This document shows, one piece after another, positions 12,801 through 23,608 of a DNA stretch of 58,044 nt; the first letter of the stretch is position 1; every line of letters begins with the position of its first letter. This DNA comes from Saprolegnia diclina VS20. Its lineage: Eukaryota. The translations under genes were made by a program, and so were the position numbers. A model generated the notes under the pieces. That model had not been told where the DNA came from and ran no database searches. It was given only the letters and a program-made list of their open reading frames with translations. The DNA is taken from positions 473,288 to 531,331 of the forward strand of contig NW_008246106.1 of NCBI RefSeq assembly GCF_000281045.1, in the 5' to 3' direction.

Positions 12801-14929
12801 ACGCAGTGTGGCGCGCCAGCGGCAAGGAGAATGCGCACACCGTCCTCAAAGTCGTGCACGAGGGCCAGCTGCAGGGCGTTCAAGTACGGCTCCTACAGCC
12901 ATATTCGTTAACAGGGAGCTACATACGTTGTAGCGTACATCGTGCGTCCCCATACTCAAGTCGAGCTTGGGCTGTTGCACAAGCAGCTGCAGCATACGGA
13001 CATTGGCTTTGATACAAATGTGATGCAGCGCCGTGTAGCCCTACCCACAATGCGTCCCAGACGCGAGAAAGCGTCCATAGCGTTACCGAGCTATCGCGAA
13101 CGTTGATTGCGTCCTCGTCAACGGGGACCTGGAGAGCGGTCGCGAGGTCCGTCCAATTACCATCGGCCGCCAGTTGGGCAAAATGCACCGTGCGGGACCG
13201 GCCGGCCTCCATGCACGCGCCGGAGCAGGTCCGCGGTGGTGCGCCCCCGCGTGGAAGCGTAGCCTACGATTCTCGTCAACAAACGTTATAGCTATTGTGG
13301 TGGTACTCTGGGTGCAAAGCAGAGTGGTAGCGTCGACTGACGCGACAAGGCGTCGAGCGCCTTGACAAGCGGGGCGTTGGACGCGCCGTCAATATTGGCC
13401 GTGCACACAATGTCCTTCTCCAAGAGGTAATCCAACGTACTCTTCCCATACTATTCTGCTCGTCAGCTAGTCTGTCAAGTCACGACTCCACGTACCTTGT
13501 CTTGCAACTTGAGGACATCGATCGAACAGTGTGGCAAGAGGTGGTTGAGGACTTGGTCGGTTTGCAAAACGTCGATGGCATCGACTGCGTACATCAAGAC
13601 ACTGCGTCCATCCTTAAGGTACTATTTTAGAAGACAATATGGTCAAGGCATAGACGCTACCTTGTCGGTGGCCGAAATGGCCCGTTCAATCTTCATGCGG
13701 CGCGTCACGTCTTTGGCGGCACTGGCGCTCATCTCGGCCAGCCACGCATCGATGGCTGCCACGTTGTTGCATCGGGCGATGCAGTGCACTGGGAATTCTG
13801 ACCGAAACGCAGCTTCTTTCGCGAGAACATCGGCGACGTCAATATCGGTCGTGAGCTCGGCCGCCGTTTTTCCGCTCTAGTATATTTACTTAGTCGTTTT
13901 CGTCTTGCACTTGTACACCTTATTCGTAGCTTGAATATCGATGTTTGAGACAAACAGCCGCTGTAAATAGGCGAGCGTTGTTCGCCCCAAGCCTTGATAC
14001 AATGTCCTGATGATCGTATGCAGCACCGTCTCGCCATCCTAGCATTTACTGGCTCGTCTTCATGGCATGTGAGAGGCACGTACTTTGTTGACGGCATTCA
14101 CATCAGCACCCGCCCGCAAGAGGAGCACCAAGGCGCGCATGTGGCGTCTTCGACTCGCGGAATGGAGTGGTGTATTGCCGTACTACTTGCATGATTGCAT
14201 GGTGACGAGAGAGGCGTGAGAGGGGTTGAGAGGACATTGTCACGCGAATTAGCCGACACCTGACGCTGCAAAAGCCACGGAAGCATGGTGTGGGCGTTGC
14301 TTCCAGCTGCATAATGCAGCAACGAGTTGCCTTGGAACATATCGACCGTGTACCTCTACGGTTGGACGTTCCAAAGTGCTGTCTTGGGTACGAACGTACC
14401 GTCGACCCAAAGGTTGTGATGAGCGCTGGGTTGTGCGCCGTGAGCATCTCGACAAAACTTAATCGATCGCGCTTCGTCGCCATCATGAGCGGGTGCAAGA
14501 TGTACTAGAACCCAATAGTGTCTTGTGCAAGCCGTCGATGTACTATCAACCTCTGGCATCGAAGCGAGTTCGGGCCGCGCCAAGATACGTTGGGCGACGT
14601 CCTTGTGCCCGTATTCCACGGCGGTCGAGAGCACGTCCAAATCCTACCATGAAGAATCGATTAGGATAGCTCGAGCGGTTCGTGTGTACCACGTATTCTT
14701 CCGTCAAATCTTCTTCCGAGATCTCTGGTCGCTCGAGGCGGGCAAGCACGGCTCGTGTCTTGCCTTCGTGGAGCAGCTCCGCCATCGACTTGTTGACGTC
14801 GTTGGCATCGAGAAGCACCTGCGCCTCGTCGTCGACGATCGGTTCTGGCTCGCACGAGGTGGGGACGACCATAGCGCTGTGGCGCAAACCAGCGACGGAG
14901 ATCGTTCGCGTCGACGCCTTGCGCAGCAT
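9845..14929 (-). CDS. Ankyrin-repeat TRP-like cation channel, paralogue 2 (multi-exon, interrupted by N-gap)
   Basis: Last exon aligns by eye with paralogue 1 (LEHAVFRRLLEIKWELF; LQFLEVVSSASYLLPM; ILLNVLLAMMN; ALISYARCILRLE). Ankyrin exons (HPLMMAT, GNSLLHYAA, KTPLHVA, GETALLIA) at 12300-14500. Confidence 0.8.
10350..10484. other. Assembly gap (run of N)
   Basis: Run of N directly in the sequence. Confidence 0.99.
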
Positions 14930-15360
14930 CGCGAGTTTTCCCGTTTAATGGGCAAGGAGTCGAAACGGACTGTTCAAAGGAAGCGGCTCAGCGAAACCAA
15001 CGGCTGATGGACAGAGCCTCGCCTTCTAGCTTCCGATCTCCGCTGAGCAACCCGCCACGCCTTACCCGAGGTGCAGCGGTACTGCACGCCTCGCGTCCTT
15101 CTGCCCCCGAGCGAAGCAGCCATGTGAAAACCGTTTTGCGGTGGTGTCACGCGAGATCCGGCTGCGCTCCAGCTTCTCTGGCTCGTCGTAGGTCATCTTA
15201 CTTAAGGCAAACGCTGCTTTGTCAAGCACCGGTAGTTGACATGGGTAGCTTTTGGTTATGGAAACGGTATCGTATATGTGGGTCAATTGAATTAAGCAAG
15301 TCTCATGTCCTTGATGTTGGTGTAGAGTAGACACGTTAAACGAACGACAGAATTACGCGC

Positions 15361-15587
15361 TCGGCTCGTCAACGACTTGGTGGTACGCGTACTCGATCCA
15401 CGGCATGAGCGCTTCGAGGTCTTCTTTCTCGACGGTCGCGCCGCATCAGATGCGGAGGCCCGGCGGTGCGTCCTTGTACGAGCCAATGTCCACAGCGACG
15501 TCGTTGGCCTCGAGGATCGCCTGGAGCTGCTTGAGCTGCGCTTTGGACGCCTTGGGCAGCTGGAGACACACGGACGTCTTGGAGCGC
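15361..15587 (-). pseudogene. Duplicated 3' fragment of the phosphoserine aminotransferase half of the gene at 44230-47010
   Basis: Matches 44241-44467 in the same orientation with about 5 substitutions, one giving TGG>TGA (15446-15448). No 5' part of the gene is present. Confidence 0.93.
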
Positions 15588-15664
15588 AAGAGCGACTAGG
15601 GCAAATGACGATAGTGACTACTAGTACCGTATTGTGTTTTCTACCAAGTAACCTTGGTGTATCG

Positions 15665-17737
15665 TCACCGCAGCGGCTTGAGCGAGAGCGCGATCAAGTC
15701 TCCAAGGCCGTAGCTGCGCGCTGAGATGCGCTCGGCCAGCGGCGCTATCGAGTCTTTCGTCTCATTGAGCTTGTAGCCATAGACTGCAAAGACATCGCGG
15801 GCCAGCAGCGCGTTGATCCAGAGCTTTGGCACGTCCTCAATGGTCAAGAGGACGTCGTCGGCGAGGAGCACAAAGCCCAGCAGCCACACGAGCGAGTGCG
15901 ACGCGTGGACGACGCCGTCGATGATGACGTGATCGGTCAGCGGTGCGACGAGCCCGGAGGTTATCATTTGGTTCCGCCGCACGTGACGCTCGAAGATCGT
16001 CGCTTCTGTCGCTTTGGCACTGAACATGAAGACGCGGTTTGCGTCAAAGGCAGCTTTGAAACTACTCTTGAGGAAGATGAAGGAAATGTGCTGAGTTGCC
16101 GGTCCAGATATTGACGACAGACCGACGATGGAGCTGCTGTCAGAGACAACGTTGGTTCTGCGGCGGCGCGTGCACCAAGCATGGACGGACAAGAGTAGGA
16201 CGTACGCAGCGGCAATCGCGAGTGCCAGAAGATACCAGACGAGTTGAGCGGCCATGACATCCCACGAGGTCTCGTAGTTCTCATGGTACGCCCACATGTC
16301 CATGCCGCCGTTGGCCACAAGGGTGTTGAGGAGGTAGTTGTGGTAGAGCCAGGCGGACGCCGCCTCGGCTTGCAGAGGCCACGCGGCGATGATTGCATCG
16401 CAGAACGTGTAGCAGCCAAAGTAGATGGTCAAAAGGAGAGCAACGTGAAGGCGGAGGCCCAGAAGACTCGCGAGCAGCTGGAAGAGAGCGAGATAAAGGA
16501 CTTGGAGGTCTGAGCGCACGACAGCCTCCAAGACAAGCTCGCTGTAGCCCCATGACTGACGCGCCGTGCACTTGACCATGCAGTACTCAAAGAGGTGCCA
16601 CCAGTCGGTCGTGACGCAGATCGCGAGAAGCAGTAAGCTCCGAATCATAATCTCGGCCTGGATGCCAGGGTAGACGTCGGGAACCCACAAAATGTGCTGG
16701 GTGCGGTAGATGTTGAGCGACGCGATGACCCCAACGACCGTATCGGTGGTGAGGATGAGGCTGATGCCCATATCGACGATATAGCGAACCCAGGCCCACG
16801 AATCGACTGAGTAGACAACATTAACCCACTGAATAGTGCTCAGATAGGATATCGGGTTGGCTGGGAGCTGCCACACAAAGTAGCTGTACCGGCCTTGGGT
16901 GCGCGGCGAGTACCGGTATGTGCCCGTGCTACCCGAGATCGTCACAGGCTCACCAGTTGCAATGATCACGGCCTCCCACGCCCCCGACCGGCTCGCGGGG
17001 TTGAGCAGCCGCACATAGTCGAATGGGTAGTGAACGTATGGAAACTCCGTGCCGACCATGACGTCGTACGTGGCCACCTGCGACGAGGTGAGCGCGCCGT
17101 CTTGCCAACTCACGGCCGACAAGTCCATCGTTGAGATGGTCGCGGTGCCGCACGCCACGCGCCATTGCTTCACAGGGCGCTCGAGCATCATCGTTTGGAG
17201 GAAGATGGATGTGAGCCGCGTGAACTGGCGGTCCAGAACATGAATTTTGAAGGCGGTCGTATCACCAAGTGTGCGGCCCTGGTAGCTGCAGTCGACGAGC
17301 ACCCAGTCGGTCGTGAGGTTGATCGAATGCCAGCTCTGATGATCGAGAAGGAGCGGGAGTACCTTGGCGACGTACGTTGGCGTGTAAATGTGGTCACTGC
17401 TCAATGGCTCGAGACATCCATCGCGGTTGAAGCCGAGGGTCGAGTGGTTGCTTGGATCGGCTGCGTCCAAGTAGAGAAGACTCGCAGATCCTTGTGGCGG
17501 TAGCGTCGTCGTTGCGTTCATTGGTAGCGGAGCGTTTGTGACGCGCGCCTGGACAAACGTGAGCATGTACGACTGCGAGTAGCGGTTGCTCGGGTTGAAC
17601 ATCTCCTCCGACGCTCCCTTGATGCTGTCTTTGGTCGCAAACGACCCCGTGACATCAATGAACAAGATGTAAAAGATGGCAGCAAACGCCGCGAGCCGGC
17701 TCATCGAAGTGTAGATCGACAGCACCGCACCGTGCAT
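15665..17737 (-). CDS. Uncharacterised multi-pass membrane protein (690 aa), copy A
   Basis: Intronless ORF; N-terminal TM, about 280-aa probable extracellular region, then about 6-7 hydrophobic helices; close paralogue of 39302-41368. Confidence 0.85.
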   Translation of the reverse strand: MHGAVLSIYTSMSRLAAFAAIFYILFIDVTGSFATKDSIKGASEEMFNPSNRYSQSYMLTFVQARVTNAPLPMNATTTLPPQGSASLLYLDAADPSNHSTLGFNRDGCLEPLSSDHIYTPTYVAKVLPLLLDHQSWHSINLTTDWVLVDCSYQGRTLGDTTAFKIHVLDRQFTRLTSIFLQTMMLERPVKQWRVACGTATISTMDLSAVSWQDGALTSSQVATYDVMVGTEFPYVHYPFDYVRLLNPASRSGAWEAVIIATGEPVTISGSTGTYRYSPRTQGRYSYFVWQLPANPISYLSTIQWVNVVYSVDSWAWVRYIVDMGISLILTTDTVVGVIASLNIYRTQHILWVPDVYPGIQAEIMIRSLLLLAICVTTDWWHLFEYCMVKCTARQSWGYSELVLEAVVRSDLQVLYLALFQLLASLLGLRLHVALLLTIYFGCYTFCDAIIAAWPLQAEAASAWLYHNYLLNTLVANGGMDMWAYHENYETSWDVMAAQLVWYLLALAIAAAYVLLLSVHAWCTRRRRTNVVSDSSSIVGLSSISGPATQHISFIFLKSSFKAAFDANRVFMFSAKATEATIFERHVRRNQMITSGLVAPLTDHVIIDGVVHASHSLVWLLGFVLLADDVLLTIEDVPKLWINALLARDVFAVYGYKLNETKDSIAPLAERISARSYGLGDLIALSLKPLR

Positions 17738-18698
17738 TCTAGGTGTTGAAAAAGCGCTTTCCGTTTTGTCAGTAACGCTCAGCTATTGGTTCCAGCGGCC
17801 TTTGCACTTCAATGCTACGCCTCCGACACCGAGCTATGTAGCGCCCGCTGATTCTACGTGTCGTGCAGAGCGACAGGCCGAGAAAATATTGATTTCTGCA
17901 CATGACACGACGCGCTGGCAAGGCTAAAGCAGCGCCAGAAGGAGAATCCTACGAGTTTGTCGACGTGGGACTGGACAATCAAAACGCAAAAACAGTGAGC
18001 GACTACAAAAGACATTGATTTCGTGCAAATTGGTCCAAGCGAGACGGATTCTATCGACGGATAAAACAATGTAGTTACGCCTCGATCGCGCCAAATTTGC
18101 GCTTCTTGGTAAGTGGTAGTGCAGCGAGTCTCCATGCCTCGAGGTTGGTCAGCACGCTTGGTGCGACTGCTTGACCAAATAGCCCAAAGCAGGCAACGCG
18201 GTAGCTCCTCATGCATAAACTCGACACCGCAGCGATCGGAACGGACCTCCGAATGGGCTTTGGGCTCGACCAGTTGGCGCGGCAGCGCACCACGCGAGTG
18301 CAATAGCACCTCGTACACCGCGGTTCTCAGCACATCGTCGATATTTGGTAGCGTCGCAAGCCATGAGCGGGTCCATGCGATCGCGCCGGCCGGCACCAAG
18401 TCGTGCAGCAGCGTCGCTCGGGACGATGGTCACGGGGTATTTCGCCTGGACAGCGGCTACCTGGTGAACGCGCCGCAGTTGATGGCACAAGCCCGCCAAA
18501 CCCTTGTACGTATACTGACAATATGAGTCTTCTTTCCGCTTGTGCAATGCTGCAACAAGATGTCGTCAACCGCTCGCGAATGACGTGGCAACGCCATTCG
18601 CCGGCGGGTAAAGTTGCGTGCGCGCAGCCACGTTGCCTTTTTATCCGGACGTTTCCGGATCGCGTGTGACCCTTCGTGAGTGTTATTCTTGTGCCACG

Positions 18699-21036
18699 AT
18701 GAACCCGAAGGCGCATGCGATCTCGGGGCTCATGCAGCAGCTCAAGTCGGGCGAGATCTCGAAAGCAGAGCTCTTCCAGCAGCTCTCCAAGCTGCAGCCA
18801 TCGACGCCCGAGGTGCCCGCCGAGGCGCCGCCCCGCCAGACGCTGCAGGTGCTCGAGCCCGACCGCGCCGGCGTCTCGCACGACCAAGCCAAGATCATCA
18901 GCGTGCACCAGCTGCTCGCGAGCCGCCTCGCCGCCGAGCGCAGCCCCGTTGTTCTTGATGCGCCCAAGTCGATCGACTCGATTGGCCGGTCGTTCTACGT
19001 GCCAGCGACGTACCAAGAGTCGTCCTCGGGCGCCAGCAGCCTCAGCGACGATGCAAACCCGGCCTGCAACGAAGCGTACGAAGCGACGTCGCCGCAGCGC
19101 TATGTACAGTACCTCGACGAAGACTCGTTCCATGTGCGTGTCTCTCGCTGGAAGCAGCAAAAAGAGAGTCTCAAGGAGCGGGTACCCTATAACTACCTTG
19201 CTGCTTGGAGCTCACATTGCGTAGCTCAAGCAGGAGCAGCTCGAGTCCGAGCTAGTCGAATGCACGTTCTCGCCTGCCATCAATTCAGTACATCGACCTC
19301 TCTTCCTGGTCAATACCACATGTGGCCATTTTAGAAATCGAAAAAAGTGGCCTCGCGCCTCCGGAGCCGGAGCACCGACACGGTCTCGGACCGCCTGTAC
19401 AAGGTACGTCAACGCTAGGGACTAAATTGCTATGTACTATGTGTACAGGATGTCGTTAACTATAAACTCCGGGACGAGCTTGCCGTGCGCGCAAGAGAAC
19501 AAGAGGTACGTGAGAAGCTGGCATATTGTACTATCGCACTTGTAGGACGAGGACCGGCAGCGCGAGTGCACGTTCCGACCGCACGTGACCAAGAGCGCGT
19601 ACTCGTCGATCGCGCGCTCCAAGTACAAGGAGAAGGCCTACAAGAAGTTTGCGCCCGACGTGCCCACACTGGGTACGTCGTTTGTATCCAAATACAGCCA
19701 TTGGATAGTTCATGTGGATACATGGATAGAGATGGAGCAGTGTACGTTTAGCCCCAAGATCAACGCAATTCCAAAAGACATGGTCTCGGCCCAGCTCTAC
19801 ACGCAACAAAATATCTTTGACCGGCTCAGGTACATAGCGTCTCGATCAGACGACACTCCATGGTTTCTAGTCGTCCGCTGACGGGCTATGACGGAGTCGA
19901 CGAACATCCCTCGATGCTCGGTGGTAGCTCCAGCGGCGGCTCGCTTCTCTCCGAGTCGGTGCACAGCCAAGACGACATTCGTATCAACCGTGGCCACCAC
20001 GTACGACACACTCGCATTCGACCAAATGGTATATAGCGCGGCCGAGTAGGCGGGCCAGGGCAAGCCGCGACCGAACTCGGCCGGCTCGGCGCGCACCGAC
20101 GACAGCGCTGAAGTTGCGGCGCGCCAGCGGCGGTTCGAAGCCTTTGTGCACCGCCAAGAGGCCAAGCAGCGCGAGCGCCACGCCAAGTTGGAGTCGGTAC
20201 GCAGTGGGTTTGCCGAGTCGCAGAAAGGACAAGTTGTCCACAGGCGCGGCACCGGACCGAGTTTGACTTCAAGCCCGAAATCAACAAAAAATCGATCGAG
20301 ATCATGCAGCAAGGACGGAAAGGCGACTTTATCGAGCGCGTCGCCAAGTACGCACTCCGCAAAGAACACGACAAGCTCAAGAAGAAAAGTATCAAGCTCC
20401 AGGTCCACCATCTTCTCCAACTCTCTCTCAAACTATACTTCATGGTACAGGACCCCCAGTGTACATTCCGCCCGCAAATCAACGAAGCCAGCATGAGACG
20501 CGCGGGGCGGTCGGTCACGGAGCTCAGCCGCGGCGATCTGCTCAAACGAGAAACCTCCCAGCGCCTCATGAAGCTCAAGGTACCTTCTAGCACCATGAAC
20601 ACTATGGTCAAGGCCATCTAGATGGAGCAAGGCGAGATGGCGCAGCTCACGTTTCGGCCGCAGGTCAACGACCACCGCGGCGAAGGCAAGCTCAAGGTGC
20701 TCTCGAGCCCCGAGACGTACGTCCAAGTACGTCCACATGGCTGCATTCGAGCATTTGCGTATCTCAGATCTGATACAGCGCCTCCAAGAACAGACGCTCA
20801 AGCTCTACGAGAAGCAGCGCAAAGCGCTCCAGCAGCAAGAGATCCAGGAATTTCGCGAATGCACGTTCAAACCCCGCACAAAGGAAGTCCCAGGGTACAT
20901 TTCGGTACGTTTCTCTCTTCTCCAATCGGTCTCTATACCGGTTCTTCCCTAGCGCATTGCCAAGAGCATGGAGATTGCCAAGGCCATGCAAAACAAGAAC
21001 GCCAAGCCCCGAGTGGCGCGGCCCGAATGGAAATAA
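18699..21036 (+). CDS. Uncharacterised protein with dispersed (E/Q)CTFxPxIN repeats (multi-exon)
   Basis: ATG 18699 (MNPKAHAISG). Short exons carry ECTFSPAIN, ECTFRPHVT, QCTFSPKIN, EFDFKPEIN, QCTFRPQIN, QLTFRPQVN, ECTFKPRT; ends ...ARPEWK* at 21036. Confidence 0.75.
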
Positions 21037-21076
21037 CGGCTTCTCGTCCTTGTCGTAGTGTAACTACTAGAGTCGT

Positions 21077-22989
21077 CTACTCGTCCTCGTCTTCTTCGTC
21101 CATGAGCAGCGTGTCGAGAAGCGATGACGACGACGCGTCGCCGAGCGAGTGCCGCTTCTCCAACATCGGCGACAGCGATTTGCGCGTGAGCCGGCAGCCG
21201 TTGGCGACGTCCATGATCGCCAGCAGCACGCCAAAGGCCACCGTGAGGCTCGCAAACCCCAAAAAAACATACACCACCTCCGGAATGTACTTGCCGGACG
21301 CATTGTACACGGATGCGACAAGCAGCGGCACGACCGCGAGGCCCATGTTCTACACCATCTGTGAGGAGGGGTAGGGTAGGGGTAGGGGGACCGAAAACGA
21401 GGTCATCGCGCCAAAGGCCGTGCCCACAAAGCGCGGCTCGACGACGTCTACGCTCGCCAACTGTGAGATGCAAGATAGTACTCAGAGAACATACATGGTA
21501 CGCAGGGCCACATGGACGAGGAGAAGAAGCAGGCGCCGACGCCGATAAGCACGAGCGGCCAGACGACCGGTATCTCGGGCATAAAACCAATGATGGCGTG
21601 GGCCACGACAAGCGCCATCTCGGCGCCAAGAGCCAGGAACGGACGCAAGCCGATCGCGTCGATGAGGCTGCCGCAGAGCGGCGCAAGAAACGCAATGATG
21701 AGCGGCGCGATGCTCATGGTCGACGCCGCGGTCTCGGCCGCCGCGCTCTTCTTGGCGCAGTACATGGCCGTGAACTGGCCGTTGCGCCACGCGCTGTCGT
21801 CACAGTTGATACCTTCGTCTTGGATGTACGGCGGCTCTTTGCTGCAGCGGTACTGGTCGGCCGCTGTCTCGATCGAGCAGTTGGCCGAGAGCTGTGGCAG
21901 CGGCCATGCAAACGGCGGCACCGGCGGACACGACGGTGCGATCGCGTCGCAGTAGAGCTCGTAGGCGCCGAGGCCGCAGCGCTGGCAGTCGGGTGACGTT
22001 GGAGTCTTGAAGTACTCGCGCTCCATGAAGAGCGAGCTTGCTACGTTGTTGAAGGGGCCAATGCACGAGTAGAAAACCACATATTTGACCGCAATGACCC
22101 AGAATGACCAGCTAACGGATAGCAAGATGAGACATGTTGTTTGAGGTTGCGTACCTGAAGCGGCGAATGTCGCTCAAGCGGGGCGGCGCCGCGTCGACGT
22201 CGTCGAGCTTGGCAACGAGCGACCCGTGGACGGCCTCGGCACGCCGGTCGATGTGGGCGAGGAGGACGTTGCAGAGGAGTGATGCGACGCAGAGAACAAC
22301 GCCGACCCAGAGCGCGGCCGAGACGCTGTACTCGTCGGCGATGACCGGGCTGAGCTTGTCGTTGAGGACTGTGCCCATGCGCGCAATGCACGTGTTGACA
22401 CCGAACGCAAACGCTGGAGACGGGTGTCATACTCTCCAAATACAAGATGCAATGACGCACCGAGCTCGGTGCTGTCAAACCATTGTGTCATAAAGGTGCT
22501 TTGGGCCACCCACATGGTCTCGCCGCCGAGGCCAAAGATGACGCGGCCCGCCTACGCTCCTGTGCATAAGACGAATCGTAGCATACGCAGCTACGAGGAT
22601 GACGTAAAAGTTCTTGAAGGTGCAGCCTAGCGCGACGACAACTTGGCCGAGGAGCACGATGGTCGAGAGGCCGAGCGTCATGGCACGCACGCCATACTTG
22701 TCGACGAGGAGGCCGCCAAAGAAGGGCAAGATGACATTGGGCACCGAGTAGAGACTGTACGAGAGGTTCTGGCGAGGATGATGTAAGGCCATAGCATGCA
22801 ATCGATCGTCGAGGAAGATGGCAAAAAGGATACAAAGAGCACCTCGTACTGGGCCTTGGGAATCGCATGGAAGCGCTGCTGCAGCTGGCTCTTGAGCGCG
22901 CCCGGGTTGTCGTAGCAGTACGTGCTGCCAAAGACGAGGAGGCTCAGCAGCAGGAGCACGTGGCGCTTGAGCTTCCGCGGGCGGCCCAT
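21077..22989 (-). CDS. MFS transporter, MFSD1-like, paralogue 2 (multi-exon)
   Basis: GSTYCYDNPGALKSQL, YSLYSVPNVILPFFGGLLVDKYG, GRVIFGLGGE, MWPCVP; acidic C-terminus DEEDEDE*. Confidence 0.85.
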
Positions 22990-23608
22990 TCGGAGATTGC
23001 GATCTTGCACCGCACTTTTTCTTCGTCGTCTTTTTGGCCAATGGCATCGACAAAGTGTTTGGATTGGTCGCATTATTGCACGAATCCGCCAATCGGTTTG
23101 CGTGCTCGAAGAACAAGGCTCTTCACACTATTTAAATGCAATCGAGCGTGATACGCGATTTTATAGTGTGTAGAAATGTCGTTTCGACCGCCATCCCGCC
23201 ATCTTCAGTCCCTTCAATGTCACAATGTGAGCATGTTACAAGCTGCACCCGCGATCGGCACGGTTCAGCCAAGTGTTAAAGCTCGTAGAGCCGCTTGGTC
23301 ATCTCTTGCCACCGAGCCCATCTCGCTCGCAGCCGATCTATATGCTCGTCCAGATCATTGCGATACGTACCCTCCGCTTGATAACAACCAAGATCTACTT
23401 GATCTTGCTTCGCGGCGTCCTGGGCTGCGTCAGAAGCGTGTCTCTCTACTCGAACGATAAGCCATAACGTTGGGTCCTACGGCAGCGATGGTTTAGAAAC
23501 ACGCGACCTAAGATGGTGCCACCGGTTACAAGAAAGGCGCCTGAAATAGGTGGCACGGCGGTTGGCGCCATTGTTGCATTCGCAGTCCGTGGAGCTTCGA
23601 TCTAGCTG

